Shown here piece by piece: positions 39,166 through 51,028 of a stretch of 64,000 nt of DNA (position 1 is the first letter of the stretch; the number at the start of each line of letters is the position of its first letter). The notes beneath the pieces were generated by a model. That model worked only from the letters and a program-made list of their open reading frames with translations, searched no databases and had not been told where the DNA came from. A program made the translations under genes and the position numbers. Origin of the DNA: Amoebophrya sp. A120 (lineage: Eukaryota; Protista; Dinoflagellata); the NCBI GenBank assembly GCA_905178155.1, contig CAJINV010000009.1, positions 2,457,373 to 2,521,372 on the forward strand. The letters are read 5' to 3'.

Positions 39166-42100
39166 TTACTTCCGAAATTTGTGTTCTGGATGTGCTGGCT
39201 TCTGAACTGGTGCTGAGGCAGGTTTACTACTTTTCGCGCTCGTCCTTCTTGCCGGTTTCGACGCTGCTGGTGCTTCAGCTGCTTTATTTTCACGTGGTGC
39301 AGCTCCTTGCTGCTGGACTTCTTGTTGTTTCGGCTTCTTCTGTTTTTTGCCCTTACTTTTCCCATGATGCTTCTTCGCCCTGCAGGTTCTGCCGCTGGTC
39401 TTCTTCCCGGCGCGTGAGTGCAACTTGAAGTACGGTTTTCCGCGAACGGAGGCTGCCGCTGCGTCTTCCGCGGAAACCTCGCAAACAGCCGCGTCGCCTT
39501 CCTCGTCCCCAAAATGACCCTCGCTTTCCGACTGGTGCAGCTCCACCCCTGCGAACTGTGCCTTCAGGGTCTTCATCCGGGGCGAGACCCAGTCCCACAC
39601 GTCGGAAACCACCGCACGGACCTTCCGGGTGAAGTCGCGGCGCAAAGTCTGTTCGGGTGGAAAAATATTGAGGTCCCCGACACTGTCCGCAATCGGATTG
39701 CTGTTTCCGTCGAGCTGCCGTGCGGGCCCGAGCCCCCTCGAACACGCCGTGGGCGTATTGCCCTCTTTCGCGTGGAAGTCAGCAAACATCTGTCCCCGCG
39801 TGTGAAAGTGAAGCCGACCCCCCTCTCAAAAATCCGCAGAAAGAATTAACACTAGCAAATGCAGCATCATCATCTATCATGATCATCTGTACGAAGCGGA
39901 AGGAACTTGCGCTGTTCTGTCTCGCAAGCTCGAAGGTATGATCATGCGGGGGCTGATCGACGCACCTCTACTGCCCCGTTCGAACTCAGCGAAAAGTAAG
40001 GCCACACCTGACAAAGTCAAACAGGAAAACAAAAGCCACAGTCTCCGTGCTCAGAAATAAACTTATGCTCAGATCTCTTGCGGTTGAGTAAGGGGGGTCG
40101 TGGGATTTCATTTTGATACAGTGCCTGGCCATACATCTCCGTGCAGCCATTTGACAAGCGCGTATCCATTTTCCAAATTCCTTTCGAGCAGACGTCTGCT
40201 GGAAAGACTTTGTTCTTTTCGGTGCACTCCAGTTCCAAGACGCAGGCGATACCCTCGTCTCCGGGCTTGGGGCACAGGGCCAGGCGGCGTCCATTGGCGC
40301 CGGACCCGACGCAGAACTCCCCCGCTCGGTACACGTACTTTTCCCCGGCCCCATTCTGCACTGCTGCGCAGGGCGCAGCGGGGTTCATCAGTGTATGGCA
40401 GCGGCAAATACTTTTTTCCAAAAACTTTTTTTTTTCGCTACACATGAATCACCGGCCGTGGCGAGTAAATAGCTTTTTCCTAGCGAAGATCGAGTGCATA
40501 GTAACAATGTCAGCACTGGTATTCTAAGCTCGTCAGCTTAAAGCCACAGAAATGGCTGCATTGGTGGCGCACTGCGTCACGGGTTCGGGTCCGTCATGTC
40601 CGGCGTACATGTTGGACTGCAAGCCCCTGCACTGCTGCTGCATGAATGAAAGAAAAGCGCAGTCAGCCCGATGCCGGATGCGCTGCGCGTTGAAGCCAGT
40701 GGAGGGCCCACGCCCCAACAGGCGAAACAGACGGCACGCACGGCTTTCGAAAAATTCCAAGCCGTGCGCGGCACTGCCGACGACATTGATGCCGCGGCCG
40801 CAAATCTCTTGGGGAGCTGGCTGGGTCGCGGGAGGCGGTTCTTCGCCCTCGGCGGTTTTTCCAGGAAAGTAGCAGAACTCCTCGCGAAGCCGCAAGCCGA
40901 AATCCTCTTTGGGGCCCCCCGAGAGGGCCCCCAAACCCCCCCTCCTTTTGGGCCTTCTCAGAAAGCTACCCCCCCTTAGTATCTCCACGAAGGGGGGTCC
41001 CCCAAACCCCCCCCCCTCAAGGGGGGGGCCGGCCCCCCTTTTCGTTCCCGCAAGTTTGCTACTTTTGGCGAGCTGCGTCCTTGAAAATGATAACTCGGAT
41101 TCGGCCACGAAGGAAAGCACCACAATGCGGCCGGGAATAGAATCAATCAAAGACAGCAAAGGCGTGAGCCTCCTCTCTTTCTCTTTCGTAGGGCACCGCG
41201 ACAGCTAGGGCGGGCCACGTCTCGTAGCCGTGCTCTTTTGAAACTGCCGCTCCTGAGCGAGCCCGCCATAGTTGCGATGGCGTATCCTGAGTCCTATTTC
41301 GATACCCCAAAGCCGCGGCGGGGGCATTGCGTGCTACTTACCTTGAGGCCAAAGCGTTAAAGACCGAACCCATGGCCGCGTCTGCAGCCGGAACGGCTGC
41401 TCTTCAGCCTTCGGACCAGCAACCTACCACCTAACCCGCGCCGAAGCTTTTCTGCTATTCTACTCTGCGCATACCCGCTGGCATGCCTATAAAGTGCCGT
41501 AAGGTCATATGTGGCAAAAAAAAAAAGTTTTTTGGAAAAAGTCTTTGCCGTTGCCATACAGTGGCGCGACGCCGTCGCGCGTGCCTTCCGCGCCGAGGAT
41601 CTGTTTCTTTTCTTCGTGCAAAGCTTCGGGCCCCGTGACCTTTTCTTGGAGGTCCGTCGCTTGTGCTGTCAGCGACCTCAGCTGCCCGCCCCGCTCTGCT
41701 ACTTCCTTTGTCCACTCGCGCTCTTTCCGCTGGTGTTGCGTCTCTCTCTGCTGCAGCTGCGTCTGTTCCCGCTGCAGCTGCGTCTGTTCCCGCTGCAGCT
41801 GCGTCTCTTTCTGTCGGAGCACGCCCGCTTTCTGCTGAAGCTCGCTCGCTTTCTGCTGAAGCTCGCCCGTTTTCTGTCGGAGCTCGCTCGTTTTCTGCTG
41901 GAGCTCGCCCTCTTTCTGTCGGAGAACATCCCTCTGAGCGGCCACCTCGCGTGTTTGGTTGTCCAAGCGTCCCTCCCGCAATTTTACCTCTTCCATAGTG
42001 ACCGAGGCAAGCGCCGCCCTCATAAATTTCTTGAAGCCCCCCCTACTGAGCTCCTTTGCTTCTGCCGGATATCGTTCAAACTCGGCCGCAATTGCGGTCT

Positions 42101-44749
42101 GTGCTTGCTTGTAGCTGTCAACCATTTTTTCTCTTCGCCCCCCATCGCACGGAGGCGCCTCACCATCCTCAATCGCTTCCAACTCCCGGCTCTCCCAGGC
42201 TAGATGCTCCATGTCGCTGAACAAGGGTGGGACTCCTTCCACGGCCAAAAGTTTCATCTCCCGAGCGGACAGCGTGCAGCAGGTGTTCGCGCACGGAACT
42301 TTCTCAAAACAGATCGCCACCAGGGGCTGGTCCAGCAGTCCCGGGCTGGAGGAACCGTTCTGGTCCGGAGAAACGAAGACCACCCATACCCCGAAGAGCA
42401 CAAGGGCAACCCTGGAGAGGATCATTGCGTACGCCCGGAGCGCGATGCCAAGTCGTTGCGCTCGATCCTGCACTTCCGGAAAGTGTTCGTCGGTTCTGTC
42501 CCGAGTGTTCCGCCACCAGCGTCGCGACCCCTCGCTTTGCCATAGTCTGCGGAGGGCCGCGGGCAAAGGCGGTGCGAGAGCGCCGACAGCCCGCCGCGCC
42601 CTGTCGCCAATTGCAAGTACCGGCGGAGAGTCTTCTTCTTGTGCAAGGCTGAGCTCCAAATGAAGGTAGCATCCTTGCCGCGGTACTGCGGGACTTGTGG
42701 GAGTGGGGGCAACGGGACTGTCGGTCCATATCTCCAAATCCTTATTTCGATACCGCTCTGAACCGCGCAAAGACTGGGAGCGAACTTGGCAACCTCGGCT
42801 TCCGCGTCGACCTGAAACTGCCGCGCGACGCGCTCGCGCACTCGAGGGGCGAACATTCGCACTGCCTCCAGCCCGGGTCAAGTTTGCACTGGTTGCTGCG
42901 TTCTCGTCGTTCGCGACGGCAGCCGCCGGCTTCACAAAATCCTTAAGGCCGAAGACTGAACGGAACTCCGCATCCGCACGGGACAGTGCCAATTCAGACT
43001 GAAGACCGAAGAGTTTTTGTTTCGATGCAGGTGCATCCAGCAACGGCCTCGTTGGCTCCGGAGCGTCGGAACCAGGCTGGATTCTAAGCGCACTAGCCGC
43101 CGTGCCTTTGCGCAAGATTTCCTGCAAGAAGTCCCAAGGTTCGTTGCCATCCTCTATGACATCGTCGTCGGCGGCCGGTGGCGATGGCTTCCAAGTCAGG
43201 ACCCCCTTGAGCGAGGTGGCAATATAATCTAACTCGTCCGGGGTATACGGTTCAGAACTCGGGTCACGACTTGCAACTGCAGTCGCAAGAACCTGAAGCA
43301 AGGCCCCTGCCAGGAACAATCGTTGCTTCGAAACCTCGTGTGCCCCATGCCCGATGTTCCACGACGCGACTGAAAGAACGACGTCGCCGGTAGGGCTCTC
43401 CTGCTGCCGCCGGCTGGTGTCACTCCGTGCGACTAGCACGACCTGTGTAGAGTGGTAATTTTGTTGGCAAATCATCCGCATGCAATGCTACGCTCCTCTA
43501 CCCACCAGCTATTAGTGGACAAGTCATCCGCTCTGTCTTGATTGTTGCGGCTTTCTTGTCGAAGAAGAAAAAAATTCGGCGATTTGTTTAATATTTGGCA
43601 GCAACTTAACATGAAAAATAATTACGTCCTCCCGCTCCTTTTTCTCCCGCTTCGTGCCAAGAAGACTTAACAGACCAGGCGACGACGTAGCATCCGCTGC
43701 TGCCCACTCCATGCGGTTTATCTGCAAAACTTTTGTCGCGCCTGCCAGCTGTCCGACGTCAAGTGCCACATTGATTTTCCTTTCCAGGTGTTTCTTGAAC
43801 CCTGCGCGCTCAGCATCGCCAGAAAACCTGCGATTGTTCCACCATGACAGGGCTTGGCCACTCCTGTCCGCATCATCGGAACTAATTACGACTACCCCGA
43901 GAAAATTGAGCGACGCCACACTCTCACGGCTTTCGCGCTTGCCGCGGGTCGTGTCCTTGGATTTACCCGAGTCCCGATCTCTATCTTTCTTCTCTTTCTT
44001 TTCTTTCTTGTCCTTCTTGTCCGCATTTTTGTCTTCGGCTTCCTTGTCGTCCCGCTTCTTTCGGGGATCGTCATTGTCATCTCCGTCCCCAGGCCCATCG
44101 TTGCCTCCACTACCTGTGAGCGCACACATCAAAAATTTTCTCTGGTCACTTACACAGTGTTGCAGAAAATTCAACATCGAACAGGATCAAGACTTCAAAC
44201 TCAGAGATTTTCATTTTTCCGTTGTTTCCGCACGTATATATAACAAAAAAAAGACTCAAAGAGGTATATTCTGTAGCACGACAAAATCGCACCTCTGAAT
44301 CGCCTCCGAGAAGTTGCACTGTCGTCCAAAAGCACACCCGCGCGCATGAAATAGTCATCAGCGCCAGCGGCTGCCGGAGGTACGACTGCTGTAGCCCGAG
44401 GTGGAGGTAGCAAACCTCTCAGCTGTCCGCCTAAGGCGTTATGCACAACGCTCGCAAGGCTGGTTGCAACGCTGCCAATGCCAACGATAGTAGCTGCGAG
44501 CGACTTGTCTCCATCAGCTGCCTTACGCGGCTGAAAGAAATGCGACACCGGCGGCGTCACATGCAGTGAGTCGGACCCGCCTTGCCTCTGGCGCAATTCG
44601 AACTCCAGTCCTGTCAACTGCCCAGTCGGAAGCGCCCTACCACTGACTTTTTCGCGATGCTCCATGTACGCGCTCATTGCAGCTTGAACTGGTGTCCGAA
44701 GATCGCGGTATTTGCTTCGCGGGTGAACCGGAAAGGCCGTGGCGAACAC
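39166..44749 (-). CDS. Probable large multi-exon hypothetical protein with TM segment and heptad coiled-coil repeats; may extend to ~46270; boundaries uncertain
   Basis: Successive minus-strand ORFs 44201..44749, 43524..44177, 41505..43481, 40017..40445, 39166..39789; one join demonstrated via 40394-41558. Confidence 0.6.
40394..41558. mobile_element. Large (1165 bp) TIR introner
   Basis: DR cagtg/cagtg; ~55-bp TIR tatggca.cggcaaa.acttttt..ccaaaaactttt; join gives GVAPLMNPAAP. Confidence 0.92.
41740..41925 (-). repeat. 21-bp coding tandem repeats (LQQKxxE / LQREQTQ heptads)
   Basis: Visible in both DNA and translation. Confidence 0.9.
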
Positions 44750-47700
44750 ATACGGGCTTTGCCGAGGCCCAGCAACAGGTAGTGTCGCCGCAAGTTCAAT
44801 GTAAACGACCTTCGCCTCTGGGCCCCCTTGACCTTGTTGCTCTCGTCCTGTAGTGATGTTTGTTCATCCTCGTGTTGAAAATCCGATATTGAAAAAAAAA
44901 AATCCCACAGGGAAGTTTGAAGTTTAGCACTGTAGCATAGCGAACTGAGCATAATTCTGCAAGCACGTCCTGTGAGATGTGGGTTGAAAATGAAGAAGAA
45001 GACGACTGCTAAACAAGTCCCTAGCTAGAAATAGGCGGCGAGGTCGCCCGTCGGCAACGGCATCCCGAGCAGCAGCAAGACACACACTGCCAGTAGCTGC
45101 CAATGAAATTCTTCTTTTGCCAAAGGAGCGCTTGCTTCCGCAGTGATCCTTCTTCGCATTCCGTGAAAAAGTCCAATTGAATTCGGATTCCACTATGCTT
45201 CATTTCATTTTTAGTAAAAAATATTACCTCGCGTGGGTTCACTGCTAGAGCGACAGGCACTTCGTGCATTCGAGTAGTGATCCCCGATAAGCTGCTTGTC
45301 GTAAAGCTCAGATCCGCGATTCCTCTGGCCAATTTCATCCCGAAGTCCATTTTGCTCTTCCCCAGTGCTAGAACCAAGCGTGCTGATGTACATTACATGC
45401 ATTGAGCGACAGCACCGCTCCCATTTCTTCTCGCGCACCTGTGCTTCGTTATCACCAGGCAATATTTGGAGCAACGTCTCCGTCTTCCACTGCGTGAAGG
45501 TGTCCTCAGCACTTCTCAACCCTTGGTCTGAAAAGTGACGAATTTCAAAAAGTACATAAACGCCTCAGAGTGCGATTCTTGGTTTTGATTTTTTTCTTAT
45601 CAATATGAAAACTCACAAGGACTTCGATTTTTTACGATCGCAGCAAAAATCAGAACGCAACGAACTAAGTACAACAGAAATAGGCAAAACATCGACTTAC
45701 ACACGCAGTCGTCCACCAGTAGCAGCTGTTGGTGTTCGATATGTATCCCGTCTTTGGAATCGTAATCCCCGAATATTATTTGGTAGCATTGCTCAAGTAC
45801 GCCGAACCACCGCGGATGGCGAGTAAAAGTGCCGTCTCCGTGCTCTACGGTCGCACTCCTAAGGATAGACCTCACCACAACCAGTGGATCCAGATCGATG
45901 GAATTCTTCCACTCACGCATGCTGTTGTTTTCAACTCTGAGCGCTGCTAGCTGGTCTCCCAACACCTGTGATACGTCGCACATAACTTGCTCCGCAAGTC
46001 GTTCACCCACACGCGGTGCCAGATTTTCATTCTTCTGGCTAACCAGGATCTCCAAAAAACTTTCACATTCGGCGCACCCGCACTTCCGCTTGCCCGCTAG
46101 AATGTTCTGCCATGTTTGGGCACCGAAGCAAAACCCCGCGGAACTTGACGATGACGCCCCGCGAACAGGCTGCATCAACAACGAAATCGATGTGGTCAAA
46201 AGCAAACGGCGCACGCTTCCAAACGTACCGCGTACGTGCCACTGCCATCCTGAAAAATTTAAAGCAGACATTAGCTCGATGCGACGTCTCAGCTCGTTAC
46301 GTAGGAATGATATTTTTGTCGACCTTCGACCGTTCTTTCCGCGCCAAATTTATGTTTGATGGAGTCGAAACCTAGTATGTATAAAAGCAGCAAGCGGTAA
46401 ATCAACAAGATTGTCTACGTGGCTTCGCTTTCAGTTGAGAAAACCTTTAGTAACTGGGAAAAGTACCGACTTAAAACAACAAAGAATCGTATTTCGTTGT
46501 TGTAAAAGTGGCCGCGTATGCCAAAACAAAAGCCACGTGTTGCAGTATCCTGATTTATTGATTGCATATCGAATACCAAGCGAAAGATCCTTTATTTTGA
46601 TCAAGCAACAATTCATTTCCAGCAAAAACCAATAGAAAATTATTGCAAAGACTTGTTCTACTTGTTGCACTTCTAATCTTTTTTTCATTTCGATGAGATT
46701 TTGCAACATTTGCATTTCTTGCCAGATCTGAGGAGCGACCATTTTGTTTTTGTGTCCGATAAGAAAAAAGAAACCGAATAAAGACATTGACAATGTCACC
46801 GCGAGACCTATGATTTTTATCCTTTCGCTGATCCTAATTTTAGCATTATCATTTTTGTGGCGCATTTTGAGTTTTTACATTTGCGTCAAAGTTTCAACGA
46901 TCTATAATTCCTTCCCAATTTCTGAAGTCATTTCGATCGCGGACCCATTAGGCCTACCGCCAGACTACGATATTATTTAATTTGTTTGAATTACGAGCTC
47001 CTTGTTGGCTTCGTTGCGCGGCTCTGCCAGCCGGCCTATGGGAACTCAACGCGCATTCAGATCAAACTCAAAGCGTGTATGCAAATCCCTACTCCAAGCA
47101 GGAATCGTGTCTAATATACCCCACAATGCTAAAGCCTTGTCTATAAACTAATATTCTCTTGTTAGAGCCGACGGTCGTCGCAATAGAATCTCATCCTTGT
47201 CTAACTTTAGAGAAACACACTACAAGAACACAAACAGACCAGATTGATTTGCCTCTAACGTCTTCGTCACTCGACTCTTTTCCTGTGCCTGTTGCCCACA
47301 ACCACAAGTGTATCTCCAGCAGAGTCAGGTAGAACTTATCATACATCTATTTATACGTCTCTGCAACATGATTCTACAAGATATTTATAGTGGAGCTCAT
47401 CTTCTATCAAACAATTAAAGAATCTATGGTAGGCGTGCCTGAATCTCGGCTAGGGTAAAACGCGGCTGAAATGCAAATCAAATCTCAAGAAATTATACAT
47501 ACATGTACATCACATCATTCAATCGAAGTATAGATACATAAAATAAACGCGTTGATTTAAATAAAAGCGCAAGCGCGTCCACAAAGACGAGCACTCACAA
47601 AGAAAAATTGCGGAAAGTGGGAGTGCGGATTGGTTGATTTTCTTTGTGCGACACTTCACTCGGGCAATTCAGGGTGTCGTGCCCTACTAATCCTTATCCT

Positions 47701-47933
47701 ATGCGAGACAACGTGATAATCATAATTCCGGTGGGTCATGCCAGATAACGCGAGAAAGCATTGCCTTCTGTCTGATGGCATTAATCGCATCAGTGCGCTA
47801 GTTTTTCCGGAAAGTGAGTTCAGGGTGAGACAATGGACACCCTGCGACAAGTCTAAGCGCCATGAATTTCGCACTCAGCGCGCTGTGATGCCTGCCAAAA
47901 GTAAAGGTCGCTCCGGTGGATGCATGACATCCG

Positions 47934-49600
47934 TTACAAAGCGTCCAGGATTTTGGTAGGGAACTTGACAAGGAAATCTGCAGGTCTGTTGTCTAACATT
48001 TTTGGCACGGGGCGGATTGGATATTTCCCCGTGTATTCAAACGTGTGCTTTAAACGTTTCCCATGAAAGCTGCGCCAGTCCCACTGCAGCTGATCGTATG
48101 ACCAGCCAAGGTCCGACCCATCGGACTGTGACCGCCATCTTCCAGCCAGCTTCCGGAACATCTTCCGAAAGGCTGGATAATACTGCGCGTCCAGTCGCAG
48201 AGGATCATCATGGAAAAAGTGGGCAAAAGGCCTCGCGCCATTGTCGTCGGACAGCTCCGCGGATTTGTTCAAGCAATAACCCAATCGGACCGGGAATAGG
48301 CGTTCGTACACACGGCTGGGCTTTTGGAAAAGAAATTCGGTCGCCATCGCGAGCCGGCACCTCCCATCCAAAGTCTTTTGATTCGGGTTCAGAGACATGT
48401 CTACTAGCTGTACTGGTGGACCGCCGGCAGCACGTTGCCTAGCAAAGGCATTAGTTCTCGGCGGATTCCAGACCACTGCCTTTGACTGCGTTTCTCGTTT
48501 GAGAAGCCTCGTCATAACAGACCTTCTGTGGACCGGCACATCCTCGTGAAAAAAATCTAGGACCTCGCGGAAGAAAGTTCGATCGTTTCTGTGACAACCC
48601 TTGGCCAGAGCTTTCGAGCTGTACAGGAGCCACTTGTTGGTAGTATCCGCGCGCCGATGTGGTACTGCGGGCCCACATGTTTCTGTCGCCATTGTCATCA
48701 ACAGGTAAACCTAGTGGTGCGAAAACACAATAGATAGATCCTTTTGCACATGAGAGTTTGTCACATCCTTCTTCGAAACCGTGGTTAGTAATTGCACAAA
48801 ACTTTTTTCTCAATGCGATACTTAACTTTTGGTGTTGCCAAAAGCAAAAGCAAAAAGACACACAGTACAATGAAATGCGATTAAATGCTGATAAAAAAAG
48901 GTAAGCAGATCGCAGTCCATAAAGGTATTTGATGAAGTATCTAAGTACGGTCCAATCCTGCTTCTGCTTCCCCCCTGGAGACGTGGCTGTCTGCGGCGGA
49001 TGAAGTGTCCGATCATTTTGGTCCCGATCCATTTGGAGGAGGAAGTGTTCTAGGTAATCAACCCCCATGTCTATCTGCCTATTCCAATAATCCTCGGGTC
49101 GCTTTGCTCCAACCCTTTCTCGCAAGACCTCAAGAAAGAGGTCCTCGCAGCTTTCTGTACGGCTTTCCAGGGAGGTGTCATTGTGGTGCTGCGCATGGGC
49201 TGCAGCGGCAACTTTTCCACCAAAGCCAGCCTTGGTGGATTGCAACAGCTTTCCGACGTCTTGGGCGGAAAGGAAACTCAAAACCCCTTGGTTTTCGTTG
49301 AGCAGCTTTCTCTCGCCGGAGAACATGAGACCCGCTTCCGCGCCCATGATTTTTCTGAGCAAGTCTTCGTCTGCTTGGTCACCGACCGGCAAAGCTGGAG
49401 CTGCAATGGCTTCTTGAGAAGCTGGCGCTAGTTGTTCTCGCGGCAAATCTTCTCTTCCCCCTGATGGAGCTTGGGTACTCCGCCCTGATCTCGCGTCCGG
49501 ACTTGTCTGGCTACCAGCGGCCTTGCGACCTGTCTGATTCTTTTCGGCAGTCGTGTGGCCACGCATGGACCCATCAGAGGATTGGGTTTTATCCATCCTA
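47934..49600 (-). CDS. Hypothetical protein, stand-alone paralog of the kinase C-terminal domain; probable GT-AG intron 48711-48948; start uncertain
   Basis: ESCEDLFLEVL..DYWNRQIDMGVDYL..WT|VYLLMTM..FFREVLDFFHE..CRLAMATEFLFQ..GYCL..WRSQSDGS..WSY. Confidence 0.75.
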
Positions 49601-51028
49601 ACCTGCCGCTCCGTTCCAGAGCGCCAATCTCGTAGCGCGGCCGCGAAGAAAGGAAAACACGAACCTGAATTATTTTCAACATGATTGAGAGTCCTATAAC
49701 TTTTCTCACGTGCGGCACTTTCATGATGCGCACGCGTCATTCGATTGTCCGTGATTGTCACGTGTAGAGTCGCGCTCGAGCTCGGGATCCAATAGCAAAA
49801 AATCGTAAGCAGATATAATACCTCCTCTACACAGGCGACTTTCTGGTACAGTGTTGCTTTCTTTAGCGCTCTGGCATTTCTGGCCTGACATCGCAGCTTC
49901 GTATTCGCCTGCCTCTGCAGCTGCGATGGCCCCATCGCAACTCTGTTGAGAATTATTGCTGCCGCAACGCCAGTTGTCCGTTTCCTCGGAAAGTTTCTTG
50001 TCAATAATACTCTGATGTCTTCCGGTACCTGCCTGCTGCTCCTGTGCCTGTACTTTTCCCACGAGATCACGGTTGTCCTGTACTTTGCCATGACCGGCAA
50101 TGCTCTTCACCGTCCAGCCGACATTAAAGAAGCTGTTCGCGAAAAGAAAGCGAAGCACCGTGCCGGACCTTCGCAGTCGTCTTAGCAACATCCTGTTTTG
50201 ATTCTCCACCACTAGTAGGCTCTGCAGTCGCAAGAGATGATGGGTGACATCACAAGCATCGACTACTTACATTAAAAAAATTTAAAAAAATTTTGCTTTC
50301 GTCATGCACAACATGATTTTACAATGCCTTCGCTGCGCATTCGTGCTAAAGAGGAGGAGGATTTTTAAAGTCAAAGTATCTTTATCTTACATGAAATTCT
50401 ATAAACAATAAATGAGGGGATTTGCTATGGGGTCATGGAATAGATATAGAACTATCTCAAATTCCAAAACATATCAAAAAAAGGAAAATCTACAACAGCA
50501 ACCTAAGTAGTCATCAAAAAAACAGGACTAAAAATAAGCCCAATATGCCAGCCTGTAAAAATTGAAGTAAAGCGTGTTGCCCATCATAAGCAAAGAAACA
50601 AAGAATAGATTTAGTTAGTTTAGTAGCAACTCAGAACAGTAGCCGTTGCAAGAGCAGAGAAGCGAATAATGAAAGCTTCATGTATGAAGGTGATCAATCG
50701 CCAAAGAGGACCAGCTCTCTTTGCCTGGTTACGGGATGACTCGGTGTCGCCGGTCGATGCTCTGCTACAAACTGATGGAAATGGATCCACCTCAAAAAAA
50801 TGAAACTAGATCTTTGTTGCGAACTCGATCTTTGCTGATGCTTTGCGAAAATGAACATATCGTCCTGCTTCATGGTTAGCTCCGAAAGGCCATGAAATCA
50901 AACAAGGAACTGCATTGTAAAACGAGTAGGTTGTGACCTGCGCCACGACACCTAATATCTTCAAGATTTGATCGCGATTCAGTGGTTCGCTCGTCCATCG
51001 CGGTGGTCTGCGCACCGTGTATCAGCCC

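Noticed and set aside
40890-41054. C/G-run tract flanked by ccgcaag as a nested insertion
   Set aside because: A 7-bp match in GC-rich sequence with no empty site; insufficient support
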